64,000 bases of DNA from Octopus bimaculoides (Eukaryota): positions 1,632,175 to 1,696,174 of the forward strand of contig NC_068986.1 in assembly GCF_001194135.2 (NCBI RefSeq), given 5' to 3'. The position numbers and the translations under genes were made by a program. Numbering within the stretch: the stretch's first letter is position 1; every line of letters begins with the position of its first letter. The notes beneath the pieces were generated by a model. It was not told where the DNA came from. It did not search any database and saw only the letters and a program-made list of their open reading frames with translations. This document shows, piece by piece, positions 11,602 through 24,150 of the stretch.

Positions 11602-12214
11602 AGAGAGAAGACGGAGAAGAAGAAGAAGAAGTAGAAGATAGAAGAGAAGGAGGAGGAGAAGAAGAAGAAAAAGAAGATGAAGAAGAGAAGGAGAAGAAGA
11701 AGAAGACGGAGAAGAAGGAGGAAGAGAAGGAGGAGGAGAAGAAAAAGAAGAAAAAGAAGAAGAGAAGAAGGAGGAGGAGAAGGAGGGGGAGAAGAAAAAG
11801 AAGAAAAAGAAGAAGACGAAGAAAGAGAAGAAGAAGAAGAAGAAGAAGAAGAAGATGGACGATAAGGAGGAGGAGGAGAAGGAAGAGGAGAAGGAGGAGG
11901 AGGAGAAGAAGACGAAGAAGAGAAGGAGGAAGAGAAGAAAAAGAAGATGGAAGAGAAGGAAGAGGAGGAGGAGAAGAAGAAGAAAAAGAAGAAGACGAAG
12001 AAGAGGAGAAAAAGAAGAAGATAAGGAGGAGGAGAAGGAGGGGGAGGAGAAGAAGAAAAAGAAGAAAAAGAAGATGGAAGAGAAGAAGATAGAAAAGAAG
12101 GAGGAGAAGGAGGAGGAGGAGAAGAAGAAGAAGAAAAAGAAAAAGAAGATAGAAGAGAAGGAGGAGGAGGAGAACAAGAAGAACAAGAAGAAGAAGAAGA
12201 AAAAGAAGAAGAAA
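11602..12214. repeat. ~610-bp (GAA)n/(GGA)n polypurine tract
   Basis: Directly visible and almost purely purine on +. Explains ORFs 11461..12222, 11677..11865 and 11855..12310. Confidence 0.95.
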
Positions 12215-12379
12215 TTCCTCAATGCTCTCCCAGTGATTAAGAATTATTTGTTAGCTAGATTTTACAAGAGAAACAGTTCTAATAACACTTTATGGTCTTT
12301 TCAGTATTAAGAGGGGTGGTGGTGGTGGGGTGGGTTAACCATCATCAGAGGAAGACAGTTAAATTTGAATTTATGTTTG

Positions 12380-12868
12380 TTAGTGGTTTATGGGAACACG
12401 AGTAAGAAGAGAAGTTTGTGCTGAGGAGAGGGGGAGGAGTTTTCTAGAAGGGGTTGATTGAAGAATATTGCAATGCAAAATGGCTTTTCCTTGTTTTTGT
12501 TTTGTTGTTAATGGGTTCCATTTTGTGCTGGTGGCCTTTGCAAGGTCTTCTGAGATGGGTTGAGATGTTAGCAGCTGATGTTGTTCTTCAATGGGAGATG
12601 GGAGGGAGACAGTGTTAAGGGGTAGGAGGATTGAGGAGAGAATGGTTAGCAGAGGGATGGAGGGACACATAATATGGGAGATAATAGAAGGAGAGAAAAT
12701 TGGGTCTAGTGGGGCTGAGTGAAGGAGACAAGAGAACTGCCGGCTCTGAAGAGCAGTGTTTTGTGTAGTAGTGATAGAAAAGATGAATTGAAGAGAGCAG
12801 CACGTTTGTCAAGCAGAAGTTGGAGTTCATGTTGGAGAAAGATGAATGAGGAGATACACTGTAAAGGT

Positions 12869-12870
<2 letters not shown>
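12380..12870 (-). mobile_element. Possible Penelope-like ORF N-terminal relic
   Basis: Minus-strand peptide KLLPLSSAQTSLLTRVP resembles the pre-RT motif of Penelope-like elements (approximately PLS.AE.SLLSRG). The match is short and degraded. Confidence 0.25.
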
Positions 12871-12871
<1 letters not shown>

Positions 12872-12918
<47 letters not shown>

Positions 12919-12975
12919 CAGATAGATAGGTAGACAGATAGATAGATAGATGGATAGACAGACAGACAGATAACA
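12872..12975. repeat. (GATA)n/(GACA)n tetranucleotide repeat
   Basis: Directly visible. Confidence 0.95.
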
Positions 12976-13114
12976 CACCACATAATAGGCTAGCAAAAGA
13001 AAGAAAATGAATTGTGTGATATTCTCGGAGAATTTATGGTGGTAATAGTGTCTTTTGACATCTATTTTCTCAGTGCGTGATGAGGCGCAAGCCAAGCCCT
13101 TGTTATAATCATAG

Positions 13115-13517
13115 ATGGAAACTAGGGATTGATGGCTGAAAATTTTCATGATCACATAACCCCTAACATTTGGCCTCCTAATTCCCCAGATCTCAATCCA
13201 TTGGACTATTATATGCGGACCATTGTTGAGAGAGAGGTCAATGAACATGCCCATAACACCAAAGATTCTTTGAAAGCTGCCATAATCAGAGTAATGTCCA
13301 AAATGAACCAGGACCACTTGATTCGAGCATGGAGAGGATTTAGATCTCATTTAGAAGCAGTTGTTGAAGCTGAAGGTGGCTCTATTGAATAACATTGTAG
13401 AAAAGAAGGTTGACTTTTATCCCCATAGCATTTCTTGATAAATAAAGTTATTATCTGTTATCATATATCTGTTTTTTTATTGACATAAATCTGTCCTCAA
13501 ATATTTTACGCACCCTG
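13115..13517 (+). mobile_element. Tc1/mariner-superfamily transposase C-terminus plus 3' TIR (maT/DD37D-like relic)
   Basis: ORF 13129..13392 contains WPPNSPDLNPLDYY (third catalytic D) and ends EAEGGSIE*. The element ends ...ttttacgcaccctg|TA, a TIR beginning CAGGGTG as in maT elements. The second D and the left TIR are absent, so DD spacing cannot be read. Confidence 0.85.
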
Positions 13518-15204
13518 TATATATGTGTATGTGTGTGTGTGTGTGTGTGTGTAAATATACCTACGTCTATACACACACACTCACATACACACACACAATA
13601 TATACATGCTATTACTTTTGTATCTTCAAATAGTTATGTGTGTTATGTATGTGGATGTGTGGATGTGCTGTGCACATGCGTAATTAGTCTGCATATATTT
13701 AGTTGTGAACTTACAATACAAAACAGTCTACTGAATGTAATTCTTGATAAGAGAGTTACAGGTGTATATTTTTTTGAGATTAGTTATTCTTAGAATAGTT
13801 CAGGTTTTCAGGATTATTTATCATTTCAATCAAAATGTATTAAGCTATCTAAATTAACCTTTTTACTTCAACTACCTACCCACATAAACAGATACATACA
13901 CACATAGGCATACGCACACACACACACACAAAGAAAAAGAGGGTAAGAAACACATCATCTACTGGATGATAAATAAACCAGTAAAATTTGAGGAACTTAA
14001 TGATGGTTGATCTACATTGATAACATAGCAGAACAAAAAGCTCAAAATGGAATATATTCACTTTAACAGCGGAGGACAGAGTCTTTATGAAACTTCTCTT
14101 CTTCATTATAGCAAAAAGAAAAACTTATTTCAATTTGGAGATTTTTAAAGTTCTTTTAATCTTTTAGCCAGGAGGAATGGCATGTCTGTGACCCTTTGGG
14201 GGGGGGGGGGCAAAATCTGTTCAGAGGGGTAGAAAAAAAAATATACCCTTAAGTTTTTTATGTGTTGAATCATCACAAGCAAACATGTATTATACAATCA
14301 TCACAGAGATTTTGCCCCACACCCAAATAATTTTGATACTATCTATTTAACCTTTATTGGGCTTAATTGAAACAACTGATAATAAATCTTTATTAAATGC
14401 TATATCTCCATTTTCTTATTTTTCATTTGAATGATTATAAACCAGGGTTTATATACAAACCTTTTATTTTACGAATATTATTATTTGCAATAAATATTAG
14501 GTATTGACCCAGAAATTCATTGGATAATACCATCCCTTAACGAGGCTAATTTAACCTCTAACTGAATGTATAAATATATACATATATATTCATGTATGTA
14601 TATATATCTTCATGTCACTACATTATGTCTGGCTGCAGTCCAGTAACTGAAACAAGTAAAAGATTAACAAAAAAAAAAAGAAAAAAATTAAATTAAAAAT
14701 AAAAGAGAGTGGTTTATAAAATCAGTCTTCTGCTTGTTGAAAAGAAATCCCTTCTTAAATGTGCTCAGAAAAGCCTTAACGCTGCACAATGGAGTCATCT
14801 GTAATATCTTGTTAATGCAAACTATAAGATTACAGAACACACTTTAAATACTTTGGAAAGCTCTTAAATCATGAGATTAAAAAGTCATTAGAAGACACTG
14901 GTAAATGCCTAATTATGAAGCATTGAAATAACTATAGAATCTAACTGTCTTATGAAGCAATTATCAAACGAGGCAACTTTCCAGTATGATAGCCGGTGTT
15001 TGCTATATTAGGATGCTAAGGAACCATTGGACTTTTAATACTATAATCCTTGATGCAGGATTGCTGAGACAGTATTGTGCATGAGGTTAGATTTGGGAAT
15101 TAGGACAAGATTAAGGCAATGTGATATTATACAAGCAAAGGTTATGACATCACAAAATAACAGAGCTTAAAATAATTCATTTACTTTTTATTTATTTATC
15201 GTTT

Positions 15205-15408
15205 ATTTCTTGTTTCAGTCATTTGACTGCAGCCATGCTTGAGCACCACCTTAAAGGGTTTTAATCAAACAAATCAACCCCAGGACTTATTCTTTGTAAG
15301 CCTAATACTTATTCTATCAGTCTCTTTCGCCAAACCACTAAGTTACAGGGACATAAACACACCAGCATTGGTTCTCAAGCAATGGCGGGGGGAGGGTAAA
15401 CACAGACA

Positions 15409-15410
<2 letters not shown>
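15205..15410 (-). mobile_element. SINE A/C 3' half followed by (TA)n
   Basis: ttgtttcagtcatttgactgcagccatgct...gggacataaacacaccagcattgg. Confidence 0.85.
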
Positions 15411-15472
<62 letters not shown>

Positions 15473-15661
15473 TATGTATGTGTGCATGTGTGTGTGTGTG
15501 TGTGTATGTATGTTATTCAGTTTTATTTCAAGATTTCTTCTAAATAAAGAAAGAGTCAGTTTCTAATCTAGATCCAAGGCCCCGTCATTGGAATTTCAAA
15601 AATATCAACAATATTTTTATGCACTTTTATGTATATTTTATATATGTATGTATTTTGATAC

Positions 15662-15714
<53 letters not shown>

Positions 15715-16258
15715 CTCAGTCATGTGGCTTTGGGTTCAGTTTCACTGTGGAGTACCCTGAGCAAGATGTAAATATTAAAACCAATTCTTCATCTGTAGAG
15801 GTGAGGTTATTAGTAAAACAAATTATGATTTTATCAACAACATCTCATCTCAGAGATTTAGATATTAAATTATAACATCCTACAGAATGTTTGTACCAAT
15901 AGAAGAAATATATGGATATTAATGTGAAGTAAGCTATTATTACATTGAATTAATGCTACTACAATAGCCTCAGAGCAGACTTCAAGGCATTTAATATGTC
16001 CAGGTTTTCAAATAATACAATAATACACAAAAGTTGATATAATACCCATTGAAACTTCACACTCCTTTTACATACAAAACAATCAACACCAAAACAAGCT
16101 TTAATCACCAAACAACTTCAACAATGAATGCACTCAAAAACATATCCCCCAAGGCAGCAAAAAACAAAACACATCCTCACTTATATATCAGTAGTAGCAA
16201 AACCTCATAAAAATTCTAGAGACAACTGCAGACACCACACAGATTAGGAATAATTCTA

Positions 16259-16289
<31 letters not shown>

Positions 16290-16329
16290 TAAAGTCTCCT
16301 TGTTTTGATATTCCATGATAATTTTAAAT

Positions 16330-16560
16330 GATAGTTACTTTTATACAAGCAGTGCCGTTCATTTCTAATATTCTGCATAAACATGTCTGACTATGGAGAA
16401 ACATCACTTTGCTTGGAAAGAAGTGAGGGTTGGTGATAGAAAAGGCATCCAGCCATAGAAAATCTGCTTCAATAAGCTTCATCCAACCCATGCAAGCATG
16501 GAAAAATGGATGTTAGAATGATGATAATGATAATGATGATGATGATGATGCTGATGATAA
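16330..16560 (+). mobile_element. Family B variant with a different 5' body
   Basis: ttgcttggaaagaagtgagggttggtgatagaaaaggcatccagcc...ccaacccatgcaagcatggaaaa then (tga)n. Reverse copies at about 30440-30600 and 58860-59060. Confidence 0.75.
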
Positions 16561-16839
16561 GATTTTAGAAGGGAAACTACACAAGCAAATATTTCAATAT
16601 TTAACTAATACGTTTCTGTTTCATATTTGTTCAGAAAACATCAACATCATTTTCACCAATTTTAGGGAGTCAGTCAGTGAAGGTTTGGGTACAGCCCCAT
16701 CTTATCATCCAGACCAAACAATAAAAATTCTTTATTTTTATTTCCTTTATTTAAAAAAGCAAAATGTGTTATGTTCAGATGGAATTACAAAGAATTATTT
16801 TAGAATTTCTTATTCATTTACTTAAACATTGCATCCCAG

Positions 16840-16901
16840 AATAGAATTTTCAGGAGGCAGAGATCCAATAACGTGTGTTAGTCTACGAGGAGAGCACAAC
16901 G
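16840..16901 (+). CDS. Candidate coding exon (IEFSGGRDPITCVSLRGEHN), unknown product; alternative acceptor at 16854
   Basis: Acceptors catcccAG (16838-39) or ttttcAG (16852-53), donor ACG|GTAAGC. Only one frame is open and there are 3 CpG in 48 nt of unique sequence. Confidence 0.3.
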
Positions 16902-17480
16902 GTAAGCTTAACAGAAATGTCTTATTTTATTTAAAACCTTGGCACACAGTTAATGTTTGTAAACAGCTGTAGCTAAATATGGAAGCCTATATTGGAGTTA
17001 TTTGATTAAACTCTACAAGATATGATAAATATGGTGGTCAGAGAAAATAATAATTAATCATAGAGAAGCTTTCATTCAGATATTTAGAAAAAACAGTATT
17101 TAATATTTAAATAGTTAATGTTGTTGTTGTTATTGTTGCTTAGTTTTAAGTCAGTCAAGATCAGCCTATTGTTATTATTTTGTCCTAACTGTTAAAGTAT
17201 CAAACACTGTGCTTGAAGTTCAAACCCCATGAAGGTCAACTTTGCCATTCACCCTTTCAGGGTCAATGGAAAAAGCAATAGGGATTAATTCTTCTTTTTT
17301 CCCTTTCAGAATGGGCAAAAAGTCAACAAGTTAGGGTTTGTAAACCCCCTTCAACAGGAATGGGGAACCACTTTTGTATTCTGCATGAAAAAGCCATTAC
17401 AACTGCATTGTGCTAATCAAAGAAGTCAAAAGGGGTCACCTGTCAACCAGATGGTTCAAGAAATGAAGAGTTAATGTGAG

Positions 17481-17741
17481 GGATATGTGGCTGCTATTCC
17501 TAGCAGGTCATCTGAACAGATAAAGGATCCCCCACCATATGATTATTAACTCTGGAAGTGAATAAAAGCTACATAAACACAGCTTGTATACAGCTTACTT
17601 TCTGTTACAAATACCTCTATAGTCTACTGGACAGTGCAAGGAACCAAAGATTAATTCAAGGGATATTTGGCTGCTATTCCTAGCAGGTCAGGTGAACAGA
17701 TAGAAAATCCCCCACCAAGTGATCAATAACATTGGAAGGGA
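17481..17741 (+). repeat. Local ~180-bp tandem duplication containing a family E module
   Basis: ggctgctattcctagcaggtca...gaacagata...cccccacca occurs at about 17489 and 17669. Confidence 0.8.
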
Positions 17742-17947
17742 AGGTGGCAGAAACATTAGCAGACCGGGAGAAATGCTTTGCGGTATTTCGTCTGTCTTTA
17801 TGTTCTGAGTTCAAATTCCGCCGAGGTCGACTTTGCCTTTCATCCTCTCAGGGGTCGATAAATTAAGTACCAGTTGCGTACTGGGGTCGATCTAATCAAC
17901 TGGCCCCATCCCCAAAAGTTTTGTGCCTTGTGCCTAGAGTAGAAAAG
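17742..17947 (+). mobile_element. SINE family D, near full length, with a 17-bp TSD
   Basis: Head ggtggcagaaacattagc...GAGTTCAAATTCC. Flanked by aataac(a/t)ttggaaggga at 17725-17741 and 17948-17964. Confidence 0.9.
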
Positions 17948-19615
17948 AATAACTTTGGAAGGGATTGTAAACTGTATACAAACAGTGTCGCATGTAAAAG
18001 CTTATTTTCTGTTGAGGATGCCGATATTGTCTACTGCTGTTGCTGTTGTCTATATAGAAAATATCTGAAGAAATGTCAATGAACAATATTTTGAGTTGCT
18101 ATGAACATGTTTTTCAAACAACAAACAAATAAAGTATACATGTATGAGAAAACATGAAATCCGTCTTTATTTTATATATTTTGTTGTCAAGACCGAATAT
18201 CATTTTAAATATTGCAAAATGAATGGGTGCGAATAGCTCTTCCCTTAATGGAGCCATAACTGCTGTTGTTAATTCTTTCAAGTGGAAAGGAACTGTCACA
18301 GAAACATTGTTATCTGATTGTGCTTCAATCTTTCCCTTTTTTTTTTTTAATTATTTAAAATATTTATTTGCTTTTTTTTGTTGCTTTTTCTAAGACCATT
18401 TTAACCTGATGCTTTCAATTAATTGTGAGAGAGAAAAAAAAAATGTTTTTCAAAATTTTATAGCTTAACATTTCTTGTTTGTTTCTTTTTCTCTTCTTTT
18501 TTCCCTTTTTTCTTTTACATCTTTTGCAATATAAATAACACACTGTAGTGTGTTTTATTGCACACTTGAAATGAAGCTAAAACAACAATAGCAAATATAT
18601 AAATGTTAAAAACTAACTGTCATCCTTCAATAATAACAATGACGATGACAACAACAACAACAACAAAACAGCAGTGGTAACAACAACAATATCAAGTGGT
18701 GTAATATATAATACAAAATATCTGGTCAAGATAGCACTGAAAAATTTTGAAAAGCATTGCAGCAAAATCAGAAATTATGCAGATTTTTGTCAAATTTAAG
18801 ACATACGCAATTTCAAAGTTTTGTTTGCTGTTTTATTAGGTTTTTGTTTTTAAGAGTAGTTTATTAAATATTTTGTTGTTGTTTCTATTGTTGTTGTTGT
18901 TGTTCTGATACCCATTTAAAGAACGGCTTTGAAAAATTCCAACAGTCCGTTACTGGTTGTCTGTCTGTGGGAGAGGCAACATCTTTTGTCTTCTCTTCCA
19001 CATTGTAATCACTGCTATCACAGAGTAATAACATTAAAATAACATATTCTCATCTGAACTCAAAAGAAGCAAGGTGGGTGTATAGCCAGTATTACGTGAT
19101 TTCTATTATTATTATTATTATCCTCATCATCATCACCATCATCATTAGTGCTATTGTTGCTGTTGTTATTGTTGTTATTGTTGATGTAAAAAAAACAAAG
19201 AAACAAAGCCTGGTTTTTAAAGAGCAATGTCAACTTTGGCATTGCAGTGGCACAATGTCTGAATTAGACAATGAAAATATAAAAGATAAGTGAATCAACC
19301 TGACTGTGTTTGGATGATGATTAAGCAATGAAATTCTGTTGTTATAAATATTTTCAATGGGTCCTGTTTTTCATTATCATTGGTTCAGCCGGTTATTATT
19401 GTTACTCTAAAGAAAGCAGCATTGAGTATTGTTCATTGGCACGAGAAATCTTGTTAACTGTCAGAAGAGAGCAAAAGTTGCACGTCTTCAAATGGCATCC
19501 CTTATCTGGAGAGAACTCCTCCTTTCCCAGCATCCAGACATCTGGGAGGTCTTCCTTTGAGTTTGATCAATTAATACAGAGTTGAACCAACAACAAAGAG
19601 CTTAATGTCTGTGCA

Positions 19616-19661
<46 letters not shown>

Positions 19662-19919
19662 CATGTATGCACATGCATGTACAGTCATGCATGTGTGTAA
19701 GTGTGTTCATGTTTACCAGTATGAGCTGATAAGCTGAGTTACAACCCTTTATGTTTGCAATTGACAGATAGATGTGGATCAAAGAAGTACTAGACTGAAA
19801 TAGATATTAGGGCTGACATGATTGGCTAAAACCCTTGAAGATGGTGGCACCACTAGTAAGAGAATAGACTATGACATTATTACCACTTGATTCTCAAATA
19901 CTTGTATGCAATTTATATT

Positions 19920-20075
19920 CATCATCATCATTGTTTAACATCTATTTTCCATGTTGGATAAGTTGGACTTTTTGACAGGAGCTGGCCATCCAGAGAGTTG
20001 TCCAGACTCCACTTGTGTGTTTTGGTATGGTTTCTATAGCTGGATTCCTGTCTTAATGCTAAGGATGCCCTTCCT
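19920..20075 (-). mobile_element. Family B (degraded)
   Basis: (cat)n tttaacatctattttccatg...ggatgcccttcctaatgcc. Confidence 0.65.
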
Positions 20076-20580
20076 AATGCCGAATATCATAAAACAACTT
20101 CCAGATTTACCCTATTATAGTATTTAAGACCCTTTGTTTCAATAATCAACATAAGCAACTCTAGCTGTCATTTGGAAATGACGATGGCTTGGTAACATAT
20201 ATATATTTTAGCTAATTGTTTTTATGTGCTTAGGTAGTCCTGATCAGACACAGCTTCCTCTTAGCTCTGTCTGCTACAGCTGCAGGAAGTGACAGATACA
20301 CCAGTACTTGACTGGTGTTCATTTCAGCTAAGGAGTGCCTTTCTCAATGACACAATGCACCACTTAGTCCAGGAATCAAACAAATGGCCTTATGATCATA
20401 AGGCCAGTACTTCAACCAAATGGCTACGTGCCTAATCACAGCACACTGTTCATTATCATTTTCAGTAAATAATTTAAACTTTGGAATAACTTTTTTTTCT
20501 TCTTCATACAGTATAATTTAGAATACATTTAACATGCTTGGTTGATTATTGATTAGGCATTAGTTTAAATTTAGCTGCAG

Positions 20581-20602
20581 TCACTGAACTATGTTACTCA
20601 AA
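20581..20602 (+). CDS. Candidate microexon (VTELCYSK); alternative acceptor at 20575
   Basis: ttagctgcAG|...CAAA|GTAAGT. Phase 1->2 fits between 16840-16901 and 24899-24999. Weak evidence alone. Confidence 0.15.
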
Positions 20603-21694
20603 GTAAGTTGTTTGATTCTTGTTACTTTAACACATCTAAATGAATAACAAACTCCACCACACTTCATAGGGTCCCCCCCTCTCTCTCCCCCTATCCCGTG
20701 TCTGTAGGGCATCAATGATCATGTTCTTCAAAGCCAAAGTCTGAAACTTTATGACTTTTCTTGGAAAAGATGCAGCAGTGGTTTCCCATTACTTTCTGCC
20801 AACTTAGTTACTGTTTACTCTCCTAGTCTCCTGCTCTCCCAAACTTACTCTTGAGAAATAGGGCCATTTAACCCTTAGATAGAGGGACCAGTTTACATGA
20901 CATTATGGCATGTCCATACACTGTTCAGCATATGTGATATATGTCTAGGGACTAGCTCTTCTTTGAGTCCTGTATACCTTAACTACAAGCCTGTTTACTA
21001 TCTGACCTGTAACAGGGGTACTTGACCTTAAATCAGACCAGACCTGGGAATAATGGTGACTAAGGAGTAACTCCACACCCCGTCCCAAAACACCTGAGCT
21101 TTCATGCTGATGTTTCAATACTGGATGGAGTTTAATATCTCATCCTGAACGTTCATGGGTTAAGAGCTGCAATCCAAGGAAACTGATGAAGGTTCTGTAT
21201 CATTAACGATTAATCCAAGTTGTAGGACACAGTTATGCTCCTTGGTAACTGAAATGTTGTATAGTAGTACATCTTTTAAAGGAGGTGATAAGCTATGTAA
21301 TGTTATCTGAAATGTGTTCTTTTAGCTTCAAAATGACATATGAAGAATACTGTATGCTCCCAAGCACTACATTAAGTACAAGAAAATGGTAACTGATTAG
21401 AAAAATAATTAGAATAATTATTCAAATTAGTGTGGTAGTTTGAAATATAAAAAGTATGTTTTCCATGAAAAAAAAAGCATGTCTTCAAAAATATAAGAGA
21501 GTAATTTTATTTTTGGTTCTATATTTTCTTTAATTTTTTGCTCCTTTTTATTTTTTTAAAACTAAGCTTGAACAATTTTCTTAGTGACTTAGCTATACTA
21601 ATCCTGAGTGAATCAATATTCTCAGATGAACTAAAGATTATTATCTTCTTTTTAAAGCAAATTATTCCAACTACAATGAATTCATGTGATTGTA

Positions 21695-21835
21695 TTTGAG
21701 GTATTACTGAGTGGACTGGAGCAACATGAAATGAAGTGCTTTGCTCAAGAACACAACACGTCACCTGGTCCAGGAACTGAAACTTCAATCATGTGTCCAA
21801 TGCTCCAGCCACTATGTCATGCACCTCCATCAGAT
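21695..21835 (-). mobile_element. SINE family H 5' part
   Basis: Reverse of tRNA-like head plus ttgtgttcttgagcaaagcacttcatttcatgttgctccagtccactcag. Confidence 0.7.
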
Positions 21836-21914
21836 TTTCAGTTGCTGGTGCAGTAATGTGTCAGTTCCAGCATTTGTTCTTCAGAAGCCAAACTTGCTAT
21901 CTTCAATTACCCAA

Positions 21915-22352
21915 AATATTCCATGCCTACCTTCACCTACGGTTATGAATGTTGGGTAATGACTGAAAGGATACAATCACAAATACAAGCAGCCAAAATA
22001 GGGTTCTGCTAAAGGATCCCTAGAGTAATGTTACTTGATAGGGTGTGTAGCACAGAGATCAGAGAGTCTCTCCTGATGGAACTGCTACTTCTCTGCATTG
22101 AGAGGTCTCAGCTCTGGCAATATAGACATGTGATTAGAATGTTGCAGGAAAGAATTACAAGATGGATTCTTCAAGCTGAGCTGAGCAGTATGAGACATAG
22201 AAGTAGATTAAAAACAAGATGATTGAATAATATCTGAAGTTTTAGTTGGTCATACTTGAGAATCCAGCTGGAGAGTCTAATGACAGTTGCTTCTGATAGG
22301 ACTCTACCCCCATAACCCTCCCAGGAATAAAGGGTAGAAAAGATGGATGGAT
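21915..22352 (+). mobile_element. RTE-clade LINE 3' relic (Rex3/Expander-like)
   Basis: One frame from 21923 reads PTFTYGYECWVMTERIQSQIQAAKIGFC*RIPRVMLLDRVCSTEIRESLLMELLLLCIERSQLWQYRHVIRM. This is collinear with the Rex3 C-terminus as I recall it (PTLTYGHELWVMTERTRSRIQAAEMSFLRR...EPLLLRIERSQLRWFGH). Ends in gatggatggat. Confidence 0.85.
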
Positions 22353-22431
22353 ATATGAGGTTTGGTTTTTCCTAAAGAACATGTAAGTGCTCAATAAATA
22401 ATCACAGATGGATTTTCTCACATATACACAA

Positions 22432-22477
<46 letters not shown>

Positions 22478-23934
22478 TGTGTGTGTGAAACTTAGGCAGT
22501 ATGCAGAGGCATGGCTAATAGAGGAGCAAGGGAAGAGACCACTTCCTTCAAATACACTTTTCAATGTTGGCACTTTTTCAACAATTCCTTTTTTTTAGTT
22601 ACCTAAATCAGCAGTTGTAAGTTTCCGTTCATAATGACATCGTAACTGAAACATGAAATTAATGACTGTAGAATACAATTACTAATTAAATTAATGACTG
22701 TAGAATACAATCACTAATTAAATATTTCACTTTGATATAAGAGAAATGAGTTTAAAAAATGGTTTAGTATGTGTCTAAACACTTTTTTCTTATGTGCTCA
22801 CTCCTCCTAACTTTAGAACCTGGCTATGCTGCTACTAGTATGGAATGGTGGATGTAAAATGATGATGATGATGGTGGTGGTGGTGATGGTAAATGATATT
22901 GTAAGGGTTGCGGTATATTTCATTATGTTTGATCTCTTTTTTCTTTTTTTGTAAATTCTATAATATTGACTACATAGTTGACTATCACAAAAACAAAAAC
23001 AAATTTTCAGAGCAATTTATAAAGTTAAGTACAAGCTAGATAAGAGAATCATGGCAATCCAAAGTATTGCAGGAATTCATTAAATATCATTCACATTGAA
23101 TATTTACAGCACGGTAGCAAAGTTGTAACCGCAAAAAAAAAAAAAAAAAAAAAAAAATTGAATTTTTTTTATGAAGATAATTGTGCCTATTGTATTATAA
23201 TACGGAAAAGGAAACTAAAATCTTATTCATTGAAGAAAACATTATTTCCCAGAATATTCCAGCATTTAACTTTTTACAGCAGAAACCAGATATATCCACT
23301 CAAAACCTCATTACCCTTTACTGCAGAAAGCAATTATATATACAATCTATCTTCTGTTGAAGAATGTCATATTTGAAACTACTTTCAGTTGAAATATGTC
23401 AAGTTTACTGAGGCAAGTAACTTGCGGAAAATACCAATTCTAATTTTCGGTAGATATTTAAGATCATTATTGGAATAACCATGAAATTTAATTTCACAGT
23501 TAAAGGGTTGGCTGTCCATAGAAATGAACCAACCAATACATTACATTCCAAAGAAGTTTTATGGCTATTAACTTAAGCAACATTCCTGTTCCGGTGGCTT
23601 AGTGACCCAATGACCTAAATGTGAGCCGCAAGTGTAATCAATTAATTAATCAATCAAAGACAATTCTGAAAACTTGGATTATTGGTAGACAATCTGATAT
23701 CAATTACTTAACAATTGCTGTTACATTGTGTTGATATTGTGTTGTTTTAATTGTGAGATTAATTGCTTTTAAATCAATTGTTCTCTTAATTAAAAGAGTG
23801 GTCGTTATCGCCATTGTTGTTGCTGTTGTTATTTAGCCCCAAGCTAAATGTACGATCAAAAGCATTCCAGCCATGACTGTCCTGTCTTTTCATATCTTTT
23901 ATCTTTTACGTGTGTTAGTCATTGGACTGCAGCC

Positions 23935-24150
23935 ATGTTGTCAGAATCATTAGCATGCTGGGCAAAATGCTTAGTGGCACCACATCTGCCTTTACATTCT
24001 GAGTTCAAATTCCTCCAAGGTCAACTTTGTCTTTTATCCTTTTGGAGTCAATAAAAGAAGTACCAGTTGAATACTGAAGGGGACAGGGGTCGATGTAATG
24101 AACTCACCTCTCCCCCTGAAATTGTTGGCCTTGGGTTACAAATTTGAAAT
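23935..24150 (+). mobile_element. SINE family D
   Basis: cagaatcattagcatgctgggcaaaatgcttag...GAGTTCAAATTCC...ccccctgaaattgttggccttggg, followed by (cat)n. Confidence 0.8.

Noticed and set aside
13129-13392. Possible domesticated transposase gene
   Set aside because: Only the C-terminal third is present, the conserved W after DYY is lost (DYYMR), and a 3' TIR is retained, so it is a relic.
15886-15928. Plus-strand cag|...|gtaagc exon-like segment
   Set aside because: Stops in all frames.
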